Shown here: one piece after another, positions 27,601 through 38,850 of the stretch | How positions within the stretch are numbered: the stretch's first letter is position 1 | How the letters are laid out: each line of letters starts with the position of its first letter | Assembly (NCBI GenBank): GCA_951406725.2 | Contig: OX597821.1 | Span: 42,408,001 to 42,472,000 of the forward strand | Length of the DNA stretch: 64,000 bases | Source: Octopus vulgaris | Lineage: Eukaryota | Reading direction: 5' to 3' | The notes under the pieces: model-generated | The model's input: only the letters and a program-made list of their open reading frames with translations | Databases searched by the model: none | Told to the model about the DNA's origin: nothing | Program-made: the position numbers and the translations under genes

Positions 27601-30600
27601 GTAAAAAGCACCCACTACACTCACAGAGTGGTTGGCGTTAGGAAGGGCATCCAGCTGTAGAAACACTGCCAGACCCCGGTCGAACCGTCCAACCCGTGCT
27701 AGCGCGGAAAACGGACGTTAAACGATGATGATGAAAAGGTTCTATCGTTATAATGTCCACTCAGTATCACAGTATTATTACTATCTCAACACAGTTTACA
27801 CATACCCTCGACCTTGCTGACGTTCTCGATCTTCTGTTGTTGACTGGCAACTGGTCTATTTTACCACTTTTTGCAACAAATATAGAATGAAAATGGATGT
27901 AACTAAATACATTAGGAGCCAGCTATATACTTATTCTGGTATACGCTTTTTATGTTGTACACTGATTCTGTTATGATTCTGGACTCAGCTGTGAAATTAT
28001 TCTGTTATACATTGATTCTGCTATGTACTGATAAAAAAAAGAAATGAGCTTATTGTATACAATGCTCAGATGCACTACAGCTCGTTGGAAAAGTTAAAAG
28101 AGGGGACAGGAAGCTTACATATTAGTCGAGTAAAGAAAGACAACAATGAAGAGTAGAAGTACATGCACAGTAAGTAGAATAAAGCATGAAAAGATGGAAA
28201 AGTGAACATTATTAGAGTTACAAAGAGGAAATGATGGAAAGGTATGTCAGGAATAATGTTGACAAATTTTGAGAAGAATGGCATTTTTCAAGGAGTGGTT
28301 GGTGTTAGGAAGGCCATTCAGCTGTAAAAACCATGCCAAAACAGACACAATAGCCTGGGGTAGTCTTCTACCTGGCCGGCTCCTGTCAAAACCATCCAAC
28401 CCGTGCCAGAATGGAACGCGGATGTTAAACGACGACAATGATGAAGCAGCTGCATGCTGACAGCTAACATCTTACATAAGTCGTTTATTCCATGCTTCAA
28501 CTGTTCAGAGCATGTAGAAACGTTTCTGAAAGTGATGGGTGCTGTTTCTTGATTCTGTTATATACTGATTCTCTTCTATATGGATTCTGGTATATTGTCC
28601 ATATGAGAATTTTAAGGTTCAAAGCTGATCATTTTGTTGATGTTCTCTATGTATTTCCCTTCAGATCCAGTTAACTGCTGCACAGTTGCAGGCTTTTCAG
28701 ATGCAGTTGCAAGGTAAACAACCAAATCAACCAATCATAATCCAGGCAGCTCAGCAGAATGAGCAGACAGTCATTGGAGCTGCACAACAGCAATTTACCG
28801 CATCCCAGGTACTTTCACTGCATGTATTCATTTATTGATATATACTCTTTACTCTTTTACTCTTTTACTTGTTTCAGTCATTTGACTGCGGCCATGCTGG
28901 AGCACCGCCTTTAGTCGAGCAAATCGACCCCGGGACTTATTCTTTGTAAGCCCAGTACTTATTCTATCGGTCTCTTTTGCCGAACCGCTAAGTAACGGGG
29001 ACGTAAACACACCAGCATCGGTTGTCAAGCAATGCTGGGGGGACAAACACACACACACATACATATATATATACATATATACGACAGGCTTCTTTCAGTT
29101 TCCGTCTACCAAATCTACTCACAAGGCATTGGTCGGCCCGAGGCTATAGCAGAAGACACTTGCCCAAGATGCCACGCAGTGAGACTGAACCCAGAACCAT
29201 GTGGTTGGTTAGCAAGCTACTTACCACACAGCCACTCCTGCGCCTATGCCCTGCATATGTTCATGTATATATATAATTTTTCGAATGGTTTTGTCAAACA
29301 GTACCGATTTTTACAATTCTGTAAATAATACTAATAGTATTTTATAAGCTTAAAACTTATAGTGACCACTGTGCAATGACTAAAGAAAATAGTCTAATAA
29401 TGGGACATATACGCCCTCGACAGAAAAAGTAGGTTTTCCGTACGCGTTGGACGTGAACCCACAACCGAGTGTCCTACCAATTACACTAGCAAACCTTCCT
29501 GCTTTTTCTGTCAAGGTCTTATATATTCCATTATTAGACTATGTTCTTTAGTCATTGCGCGGTGATCACTGTAATCTTTAAGCTTATAAAATGCTATAAT
29601 ATAATATATACATACTTACGTATACGTACATGCAATCATATATTGATAGAGATATAGATATATAGATAGATTTAAACAGACAGGCAGACATTGATATACA
29701 AATAAATGAAGATAGATAGATAGAAAGATATTGATATACAGATAAATGAATATATATAGATAGATACTGATATACAAATAAATATAGATAGATAGATATT
29801 GATATACAGGTAAATAAATATATTCTTTTACTTGTTTCAGTCATTAGACTGTGATTGTGCTGAAGCACCACCTTTAGTCGAACAAATCGACCCCAGGATT
29901 TATTTTTTGTAAGCCTTGTTCTTATTCTATCAGTCTCTTTTGACAAATCACTAAGTTACAAGGATGTAAACACACCAACATCAGTTGTCAAATGATGGTG
30001 GGAAGACAAAAACACAAACATATATATATATATATATATATATACACAATGGGCTTCTTTCAGTTTTCGTCTACCAGATCCACTCATAAGACTTTGGTTG
30101 GCCCAAGGCTATAGTAGAAGGTACTTGCACAAGGTGCCATGCAGTGGGACTGAACCCGGAACCATGTGGTTGGGGAACAAGCTACTTTATTTCATCAAAT
30201 TTGCCATGACGGCATTACAAAGAGGGGACGAACAAAGACAAACAAACATGAAAAGGTGAAGTAGCTGCTAATCAATTAAAAAACAGTCTCGGATGATAGG
30301 CGAATCATGAAACAATATATATGAAACAATGAAAAAAATATATATAGTTTAAAAATTTTTTTAAAATTTTACGTTCATTGCGATTTGCAATGTATTCCCT
30401 AAAGGCATCCGGCCACCTGGGTAGAACCTTTACTTTTCATCTTGAATGCACTTGCTTGGTGCCAATTGCACCCAACTTGCTTTCCACAGGTTTCCATCTT
30501 TTAACAAATATATCCTGTGACAGACACCTCTTCTCCAGCCTGATCTTACTATTGAGGTGGTAACTAAAGAAGTTGACCAACCCCTGGCCAAAGACAAAGG

Positions 30601-31492
30601 TACCTGTCACTATGCCTTTCACACGCGTCTTCCAGACTGTACCACACAGCAACAGCTGCACTTATACAGATGAATAAATATAGATAGTTATTGATATACA
30701 GATAAATAAATATAGACAGAGAGATAGATAGATAGATAGATAATGTGTGTACAGTGAAAGAAAATATTTTCTTTTATATGATGTATCAGAAATTAATTCT
30801 TTATGGCTGTTTCTTCTGTGTGTAGACTTAGTGTGATAGTCCCAAATATTTCATAATTTACTTGAATATTTGTTGAGCATTTTTGATGAAAAATACCCCA
30901 CTAGGATTAATTATGATTTATTGTGCTGAGCACATATGTGTTTTGTTATCAAGTCATACGCTTCTTTGAAGTTAAATAAATCCATGTCTAACCCTTTGAG
31001 TTGGTTTTACCTTGGAGGACAAATTCATCTAGTCAGGTATAAAAGCATTTATTTTACAGTAGATTTGTCTATTTCAGGCAGTTTCATATTCAAATCGTGA
31101 ATACTGGGCACAGAAGAATTATGTCATTTTACATGTTAGAGAATTGTCAGAGGGTTGTACAAAATACCTTTGGGTATCTAGTTATCACACTTTACATCCA
31201 GAATTCAAATCCTACCAAGATCAAATTTAATTTTGATGATTCAAGAAACTCAATAAAATAAGTCTTGGGCAGATACTGATTGGATATAATCAATTGTTTT
31301 CTCTTCACTAAATTTCTGGTTACTACTACTACTACTACTGCTACTGCTACTGCTACTACATTGTATGTTTCTTGTCTTTTGCAGCCAATTTATCAAATTC
31401 AGCAAGTTCAGGTGGCACCATCAAACATCTTCATACAGCAGCAAGGCCATGTGTCAGCAGATGGAGAACAAGAGGCAGCAGAAGCTTCTTAG
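10422..31492 (+). CDS. NFYC: Nuclear transcription factor Y subunit gamma (NF-YC), spliced: join(10422-10547,12973-13044,14223-14336,19988-20083,21426-21870,23641-23702,25446-25727,28665-28808,31385-31492), ~482 aa
   Basis: Exons translate to [88 protein letters not shown], nearly identical to the vertebrate NF-YC histone fold. C-terminal QYYF.LAQQ, QV.QQ..T..GEIQ..P and YQIQQV motifs also match. All introns are GT-AG with compatible phases. Confidence 0.96.
12042..12260. mobile_element. piggyBac-like MITE (TTAA-flanked)
   Basis: TTAA-CCCTTTCGTTACC ... GGTAACGAAAAGG-TTAA; related copies at ~18813-19054 and 54731-54960. Confidence 0.75.
12973..13044 (+). CDS. NFYC: NF-YC coding exon 2 ([24 protein letters not shown])
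   Basis: Pyrimidine tract plus tag acceptor, gttagt donor, 72 bp. Confidence 0.97.
14223..14336 (+). CDS. NFYC: NF-YC coding exon 3 ([12 protein letters not shown]...KRRTLQ)
   Basis: ctcag acceptor, gtaagt donor, 114 bp of histone-fold sequence. Confidence 0.98.
14379..17914 (+). mobile_element. Near full-length, 5'-truncated RTE-clade LINE (APE endonuclease + RT + PHD finger), one frameshift, (GAT)n tail, in an NF-YC intron
   Basis: APE motifs [24 protein letters not shown]; RT motifs [41 protein letters not shown]; RTE C-terminus RGRPRKTW; GAT repeat tail. Confidence 0.95.
14425..17255 (+). pseudogene. RTE endonuclease/reverse transcriptase ORF split by a frameshift near 15367 (ORFs 14425-15417 and 15414-17255)
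   Basis: After ...KRKFAN the expected continuation [27 protein letters not shown] is in another frame; otherwise no stops. Confidence 0.9.
19200..19725 (-). mobile_element. RTE LINE internal fragment (ADD motif to PHD), antisense
   Basis: [24 protein letters not shown]...[29 protein letters not shown]; reverse complement of ~16290-16810. Confidence 0.9.
19988..20083 (+). CDS. NFYC: NF-YC coding exon 4 ([32 protein letters not shown])
   Basis: cacag acceptor, gtaagc donor, 96 bp, includes the alphaC helix. Confidence 0.98.
20806..21260 (-). mobile_element. Tc1/mariner transposase relic (N-terminal HTH)
   Basis: [30 protein letters not shown] resembles the Mos1 HTH / WF..F..G...LED.PRSGRP motif. 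Confidence 0.75.
21426..21870 (+). CDS. NFYC: NF-YC coding exon 5, polyglutamine-rich ([26 protein letters not shown]17...Q34...VVLSQG)
   Basis: aacag acceptor, QYYFQLAQQ matches NF-YC QYYFTLAQQ, donor AAG|gtaatt, phase 1. Confidence 0.9.
21501..21725 (+). repeat. Coding CAG/CAA repeat: Q17 (21501-21551) and Q34 (21624-21725)
   Basis: Mixed CAG/CAA triplets within NF-YC coding exon 5. Confidence 0.95.
22428..23545. mobile_element. hAT (Charlie-like) non-autonomous element carrying a nested antisense RTE 3' tail (~22790-23310)
   Basis: Ends CAGTGTTTCCCAA / TTGAGAATCACTG; 8-bp TSD-like GTTTAGTG / GTTTATTG. Confidence 0.6.
23641..23702 (+). CDS. NFYC: NF-YC coding exon 6 ([20 protein letters not shown]); alternative donor after 23688
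   Basis: T-run plus acag acceptor, in frame with the phase-1 junction; gtacgt donor gives phase 0 matching the next exon. Confidence 0.75.
25446..25727 (+). CDS. NFYC: NF-YC coding exon 7 (NNTHGYEF...[17 protein letters not shown])
   Basis: ttctttctag acceptor; [17 protein letters not shown] matches NF-YC QVMQQIITNTGEIQQIP; gtaaga donor. Confidence 0.88.
25890..27878 (-). mobile_element. Ty3/Gypsy LTR retrotransposon relic: 5' LTR (27128-27878), PBS, decayed gag and protease
   Basis: LTR ends TGTTG...CAACA, followed on the minus strand by the PBS-like TGGCAACGAGG; gag-like [12 protein letters not shown]...DAEIRT..QSKLE...LTLQKL.EEC; protease [20 protein letters not shown]. Confidence 0.8.
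27254..27733 (+). mobile_element. RTE 3' UTR/tail inserted into the Gypsy LTR, with ~60-bp tandem units
   Basis: Repeated GCCGGTGGCACATAAAAAGCACCATCCGAACGTGG units, the GGTTGGCGTTAGGAAGGGCATCCAGCTGTAGAAAC motif and a GAT tail as at 17640-17914. Confidence 0.85.
28665..28808 (+). CDS. NFYC: NF-YC coding exon 8 ([18 protein letters not shown]...FTASQ)
   Basis: cccttcag acceptor; IQLTAAQLQ resembles VQLNAGQLQ; CAG|gtactt donor. Confidence 0.88.
28845..29247 (-). mobile_element. Full-length tRNA-derived SINE with an internal (CA/TA) microsatellite; other copies at ~29822-30188, 52592-53000 and partial copies elsewhere
   Basis: Minus-strand head GGCGCAGGAGTGGCTGTGTGGTAAG...GGGTTCAGTC (A/B boxes) and (AAAAGAGT)n tail; several near-identical copies in the window. 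Confidence 0.85.
31385..31492 (+). CDS. NFYC: NF-YC last coding exon ([35 protein letters not shown])
   Basis: ttttgcag acceptor; YQIQQV and FIQ motifs of the NF-YC C-terminus; TAG stop. Confidence 0.9.
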   Translation, partial: PIYQIQQVQVAPSNIFIQQQGHVSADGEQEAAEAS

Positions 31493-31654
31493 TGTCTCAA
31501 AATATATGTGTGCAGGTGTGTATGTGTGAGTGTGTGTGATTATATGTATATATAAGAATATTTACACATATACATACATATTACATTCATATAAGTACAC
31601 ACACATATATATTTATAAATATATACAAATGAATGTTTGTATATACATTTGTAT

Positions 31655-31724
<70 letters not shown>

Positions 31725-33482
31725 AAGCTCCTTAATTTTAGAAGGGCTTTCTATCCATATCCCTTTTCTTCTTGCACTTACAAGACTTTTGCATATATTT
31801 GGAATTTAAGCTCTTTCTCTAGCAGTATTTTTAAATGTGTGCACTTTGTGCATTACATATAATAATGTCTGAATTAAGGTTTCTATTGTACTTGAGCCGT
31901 ATGGGTCAAGTAAAAAAAACGTGTGTGTGTGTGCGTGCTTTGGTGTGTATATGCATATATATATATATACATATATATATATACACACACATTTGTATGT
32001 ATGTTAAAGCATTGAAAAAAACGATCTAAGAAAAATGACTTCGAGGGATTTGGTGAAGGAACTTGGACAAGGACAATGAAACATGTACAAGATAAATTCT
32101 TCATCTGTTAAAGTTATCTTCCCTTCAAGAAAACGGTCAAACAAGCATCTAACAATTGCTACCAACTGAATAAGGAAGGGAGATAATGTCAAGCGATTAA
32201 CAATTCTCCGGAATTAACATGCCATTCAGAAAATGACTGTTTTTTGGGGGGTTTTTTTTTTTTGTTTTTTCTGGAGACATGAGGACAGCTGTGAACATGT
32301 GGTTCTGTCTCAATGACTGTCATTGCTCATAACTTACAGGATGTTTCATCCAAAACTCTGACGATTCTAAAAGCAACTTTACTTTTCTGTAGATGAAACA
32401 ACTTGCAAGTTGTAAGTAAACATTGAAATATAAAAATCACACACTTTGCCTTCAGACGTGTTGGGTACTTTTTTGGTTTTCCAGACACCTTCGTCTATGA
32501 CTAAAGATACCTATGAGTATATATGTGTGTGTGTGTGTCTTTGCCCCCCATCACCACTGGATAACTGGTGTTGGTGTGTTTAAGTCCCTGTAACTTAGCG
32601 GCTGATTGAACAAGTACCACATATTAAAAGAAAATAAGTACAGTGGTCGATTCATTTAACTAAAGATTATTTAAGACAGTGTCCCACCATGGCTGCAGTC
32701 TTGTGATTGGAACAAGTAAAAGATGAAAGCAAAGACTTCCAGTTATATCCGTACAAGACACCGAAAACAACTAAGCAACTGCCAACGTAAATGTAATAGT
32801 AAACTTTTGATTGTGTGCTTCCATTACATTTCTGGGAGGGACTAGTAATTTTAATTCTAACTAAAATGGGATCCTCTACTAGAAATAGCAGCCAAATATA
32901 TCATATTCAGCCATCGTAAAAGAGAAGAATACATTGGATGGTGTGGTCAGACACACCATGTCAGAAGGAAAAAGAGAAACTGGATGGTCATAGTTGGAAT
33001 GCCTTTGATCATAGGTTTGCTCCATCAGTACTGATCTGTGACTAAACAAAAAGTAGATCCAGCAATTTGATATTTCTGATAGAGACATCCCTCCTCACTC
33101 AACTACAAATAGACTAGAAGTCTCAATCTTCCCAGCATCCTCAGCAATGACTATCAACCAATGAAAACCAGGAAGGATAGAGTGACTATTCCATTGCTGT
33201 ATGCAACCTGTTCATATTTGTTATCACCTGAATGATTGCATAAATGCGAGCATGCAAGAAACTCGGAGTAGTTATGGAGTGGATTATTAGTTTAAAAAAT
33301 GAATAAATATATGTTTTTATATATTAATGAATGTGTGTGTGCATGCATATGTATAGATATATATGTATTTACACTCTTTCTCTTAATTTTTAGTTTACTT
33401 TTGACTGGCCACCTTGCTGGTGGCAAGATTGTAAAGAAAAAGAAATTGCTATTGTCTCTTTTGTAAGTGTTTATCATTTGAA

Positions 33483-34340
33483 TCATAAGAACATTTTACA
33501 TATTTTAAAGGTTTCAGATATTGCAGCCACTTGTAGCTTATGAATTAAGGGGCTAAGTACTTTCTCTACAAATCCAAATTCAGTTATATTTTGGCCCAGG
33601 TAGTTTGGTATATAATGTGTAGCTCCAAAAATAATGGCTAAGAAGCTGAACATGTATCTTAGATATTGGATCTGCAAACTTCTCATCAATGTTCTGCAGT
33701 TATTTTCCTTCTCTTGCATTTTTCTTATCACATTCACATCAAATAGGCAGCTGATTTCTATGACTGAGCATGCTTTTAATGTGTGGTCCCAAACAACAAT
33801 ATTCGGCTGGTTGTGTTTTAATTTGGCATCAGTTTATATTCTTAGGTTCCGTCTGTATGCCTTTGAGTCATCAGTCTCATCATATTCCTTTCTATTTAAT
33901 TTTAATTTTGTCTTCTGCAGTGCATTCCATATTGTTCTAGCTAACACATCGTGTCTCATGGGGCGGTAGCAAGGAGAAGACATTCTTATACAGTTGGCAA
34001 TAATATGGCTAAACATCTTCAATCTTCATTTCGCACAGCCTACATTTATTGTCAGCTAATATCCTTCCTCTTTGTGCAGTGGATACTTGTTTCTGAATTG
34101 CAGGGGTATATCCTTCAAGGTGGAATGTTATGAACTGGTTAAAACTCCATGTCTGGTTTTTAGTATGGGTTATTCCTCCCATGGTTTGTGTTTATTGTCT
34201 GAAGTACATCCTTCTCAGTGAATTGGTTCCCACCACCTTGTTTTTTGTTCAAACATTCAGTAGAATCTTTCATTGTTCCTGGGAGAAAAATTTGTATCAG
34301 GTTTTATTTCATGTCTCTCTTCTAGATCAGTGCCTATCTT
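33483..34340 (-). mobile_element. Degenerate RLE-type non-LTR retrotransposon 3' end
   Basis: SHIIANC...Y..MRHDVLARTIWN knuckle/RH motif; HNQPNIVVWD...CSVIEISC..D.N...K..EK endonuclease remnant. Confidence 0.75.
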
Positions 34341-36345
34341 GACAATATTATTTTCATATTCATGCATGGATGTATGTATGTTCTCTTTTCAGTCTATTGT
34401 TAATTTTGATCAACCGTAACACATAAAGCTGTTCTCTCAATAGAAAATGTTTATCAAATGTGTTGGTACCTAGAACTGATTTAAAAAGAAAGGCGATATT
34501 GAAATGATAGTCGATAAGGTATGGAAATTGAAATGGTGACAGAAAACACCATAAAAACCTGTGGAATGGGGCGAATGGGAGCAGCTAGCTTGATACTAAC
34601 GTTTTGGTGCTGAAGGCAGACAAAAGTGTGTATGCAGATTTATACACACACATACATACGTACATACATACTGAACATTAAAATATTACACAAAGAAAAA
34701 TATATGTATTCACAAAGTGTGCATGAGGGAGAGAATAGGGTTGGAGAGACGCATTGACATGTATTGAAAAGAACCTGATTGACGCAAGCATATTCCTTCT
34801 CCTCAAATGTAGATACACAAAAACTGTAAGAGAGAGTGAGAGAAAAACATTAACATGTATTGAAAATGAATGGTTGAAATGGTAAGGGAACAACAAACAA
34901 GGTGTATTAGTTTGACACTCAGGATAAATGGAAAACTCTTAGACATTTCAAGCCAATGCTTTTCAGCAGAAAGGAATAAGTAAAGAAAACAGAGAGTGTA
35001 AAAGTTGTGTTTGGATTAATGGTTTCACAAACACATTCCCTCTCCACATACATAAACACACACACGCACACAAACAACAAGCGAAAGAGGCCATGAAAGT
35101 GAATTGAGAATGATACGGACTAGTAAAAATGAAGTTATCTCCCTTTGCGTGACAATTACAACGAAAATTAATTTTGTCAATTAAAGGAAAAATAAATATA
35201 ATGATATACCAACTATGTAAATTTATTCATTCTGCATTTAGTAATTATGATCAATGCTCCCCAAGAGTATAGCAGCAACCATTATATATAACATCGAGTT
35301 CCATTGTTGTTCACAGTATCAAAATTTTAAATCACTGTCAGCTTTATTTGCTTTGTCAAATGAACGGTACACAAATTTGAATTTATACATTGTAGTGAGA
35401 TTTAAACTATTATCATATTAACCATACATGTTCACTCCATATTGATAAGGAATATTAAACAAATGGTTGCAATAAAGAAGTTAGTTTTAAAGCTCCAAAT
35501 TTCCACTACCTGATTGTCATACATGTATATATTGAACCTATTACTTCACACCAAACTTGCAACATCTACATAGCAGCTGACTTGGCAGATGTCCACAAGA
35601 TTATCAATCACTAGCACTTCTTTATACAGCTGTTCTGATTCATATACATCACACCCATACCAGCACACACACACTACATTTGATTCCTCTGATGCCCTAT
35701 TTTATATATTATAGAAACATGAGAATTGAAGTTGTTACTGAATGGTTTCATGCCAAATATGAAGAGGTAAATTTAGCAATCATATGACATGGCTGAATGA
35801 AAAAGTATCCATTCAGACATGTCTGAATGGATATTTTTCCATTTAACTATGTCTGATGATTGCTAAATTTGTCTCTCCCTGTGTAGTATGAAACTGCTTA
35901 GTAACAACTTCAATTGGCTGTTATGGAATTATATTATATGAGTGCTGTTTTTAGTTTTGTACTCAAGAAAACCTATTGAAAAGCTACACTCACACACTGA
36001 TTGAAGTTGAAGTGTAACAAGTTAGAAACAAACAAAGAATATCCTTGGTTTATCTCAAGGAAATGAGAACATTACACAATATAGCACATATTTGAATAAA
36101 GTTATCAGATACAATTGTTGAGATGTATCTTTGACAACATACATCACAATATAGTAAACAGTAATTTAAAAAAACCTCATCAATATACAACATTATAAAC
36201 AAACTGCTAGTCACAAAATATGTAAACATGAAAATTGTTTACATAAACACATTGAACACACATACAAGGCACATTTTCATCTGTTAATTATGTGTTCTGA
36301 GCAAGGTGCAATTATAGCTTTTCGCAACATTAATAATATTAATAC

Positions 36346-36377
<32 letters not shown>

Positions 36378-37099
36378 CTAGTGGTTTACTAGTAGTGAAA
36401 GATAATTTGGAGTTGCCAATTACAGATTTTAAAATCAAATTCTCATGATTCTAGTTATCAGCTCTATATATAAACAAAATGTGATGACAAAAGAATAAAT
36501 GATTATCTTATGAAGCTTTGTTGGAGCCTTAAATATGAAGTGCAGTTTATTTCACTGCACTTCATATTCAAGGCACCAACAAAGTTGTAAGGTGTTACTC
36601 AGGCACTCAACTATGTGCCACTGCATCTTATAGCAGAAACAGCTGTAAGCTAATGAAGTTCATAAGCTAATCACTTATTCCTTTGTCATCTCATTTTCTT
36701 ATTACTGCTCTGTACTTGACTAACACTTCATTCTGAAGAATGTGTATACTGAGTTCTACACTTAGGTTATTAGTCTCACAATGCCTAAACAATATATATA
36801 TATATATAAACATAATTTAGCCTTCCATTAAAGTAAGATCAACAAAAAAGTACTCTATCCAGTAAAATATAAATATTGTTTAATGTACACAGTATAAAGT
36901 TATGAGCTACTAATAGCTTCATACATTGGAGATGTTTTCTTGGAAGGTTTTAGTAACATGCCTAGTATCTCCAAGAAATTTTCAGGCCCTGAGTACATGG
37001 CCTGTACAAGTTACAAACTAGGACAATAGAACAAGAGAAATCATGGGATGGGGGATGCAAAAAGTGGAAGGGTGAAGGAAAAAAAGGATTATAGTTATG

Positions 37100-37560
37100 T
37101 CCCTTTTGACCATAAAGCTTGATTCAATGGTTGGTGTCTAAAGTCTGCAATAGAACTGCTAAATTTGGAGAGAGTGGTGTCCTCCAATTCACCAAAAGAA
37201 ATTTGTCCATATGCTTGCATTTGCTGAAAATTTCTTATCTGGAATTCTTAGATCTAAAAAGGATATGTGATCTTTTGAAGTCACCTTCACATAATCCAAT
37301 GTAATTCTTCTTTTTGGTTAGGTTATCAAGTAATGTTACTGTTCTGCTTCATATATGATGGAGTTTATTATGCATACCTGGTCATGTGGGTAAGGTCTAG
37401 GATCTTGACAGTTACAAATGAAAGTGGGCTTTTGGTGGTGTTTACAGATAATGATGTTCTTCATATTGGGGCAGGGGCCATATGACAATTTAATTGAGTA
37501 TCTATTAAAGATCTTTCTGTGTATGTGATTTTCTGGGAAATGCTTATTTAAGGGAGTCTA
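37100..37560 (-). mobile_element. Penelope-like element relic (linker / GIY-YIG region)
   Basis: Minus strand LNKHFPENHIHRKIFNRYSIKLSY..CPNMKNII...CNCQ...C...SIIYEA. Confidence 0.7.
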
Positions 37561-37569
37561 AGTAAACAG

Positions 37570-38850
37570 CTCTAAATGTGAGCTCTGGATCTTCAACCAC
37601 CCGGCTTCTCAACATCAACCAACTATTGACCTTTTTGCAGAGTCTTTCCATTCCATTGCAGTCCCTCCCCCATCATCTTGGTGCTCTCTAGGTGCCCCAA
37701 TCACTGACCTTGCCTTTGAGCAATTGCTGAAAAATATTGAAGCTATTGAACCCCAGCAAGGTTTTTTTCATGCTTAGGAATTACGTCTCAATCCCTAAGC
37801 TTCTATATTTACTCAGAGTCAGCTCATCTCACTGATTCCCATCGTGCCTCCAATACTTTAACAACCTAACCTTTGAGAGACTCGAATGCTTAGTCAATGT
37901 CAGACTCTCTCCAACATCCCATGATCAGGCTGCATTGCTCAAGCGATTTGGAGGTCTTGGTCTTTTTAAGTGTTCATCCCTCTTTCTCCCCTGCTTCCTT
38001 TCCTCTACCCACACCTACAACATCTTCTCTCCAACATGGACCAGTTCCAACAGGGAGTTGGATGAAACTCTCCAATATTAGAAGGAATTGGACTTGTCTA
38101 CTCCTGAAAAGGTGGAGGACTGTTGGTGCCAGAGAACTTGAGATAACAAAATTTCATCTGACCAGTTTTCAAGTTGCCGCTTACTGTCTACTAGTGCCAG
38201 ATACTCAAGTGACTGGATTGATGCCACCCTGTGGCTAATGTTGGTGGCCTGCTCAGCTTGGACAAACTTCATGTCTCCATTGCCCTCAGAGTGGGAGCTG
38301 ACGTATGCACAGGTTTGATCTGTCATTGTGGCAGGCTCCTTGACTCCATAGGCCTCCATGGCCTTTCTTGCTGCTTGAATGCTTGTCACCTTGTGCGTCA
38401 TACAAAGTTGAACTTGATGCTCAAGAGGAGCTTGGCCCAGGCAAACATCCTCTCCATCTTGGAACCTTCTGGACTGTCCAGATATGATGGGAAGAGATCT
38501 GACGGCCTCACCTTGTGCCCCTGGTCACAAGACAGATACCTTGTCTGGGATGTCATAGTTAGCGACTCCTTTGTTTCTTCTCACATCCTGGACACTGCGG
38601 TCAGGACGAAATCCACAGCTTCTGCGGCCGAGCAAAACAAAATCCTGAAATACCGCAATCTGTAGGCCAACTACATCTTCCATCCTGTGGCGTTTGAGAC
38701 GTTTGGTGGGGTTGGACCACTAACTGTGAGATTACTGTCTTCACTGGTAACTCGCCTTGCAGAGATAACTGGTGAGACTCGTGTTTGGCTGTTCCAGCGC
38801 ATCATCCTTGCCAGCACCTGTGGCAACGCTGCAAGTATGTTTCAATAGCC
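37570..38850 (+). mobile_element. CRE-like RLE non-LTR retrotransposon 3' relic
   Basis: ALRVG...CHCG..LDSIGLHGLSC...RH..LN..LKRSL...EPSGL.R.DGKRSDGLTL.PW....LVWDV...D...AE..K..KY..L...IFHPVAFETFG; stops and frameshifts. Confidence 0.8.

Noticed and set aside
27290-27620. Regularly spaced repeats resembling a CRISPR array
   Set aside because: The intervening segments are similar to each other, the array is part of an RTE 3' UTR, the DNA is eukaryotic and there are no cas genes
31493-33310. NF-YC 3' UTR end / poly(A) site
   Set aside because: No unambiguous poly(A) signal near the stop codon; the end cannot be placed from sequence alone
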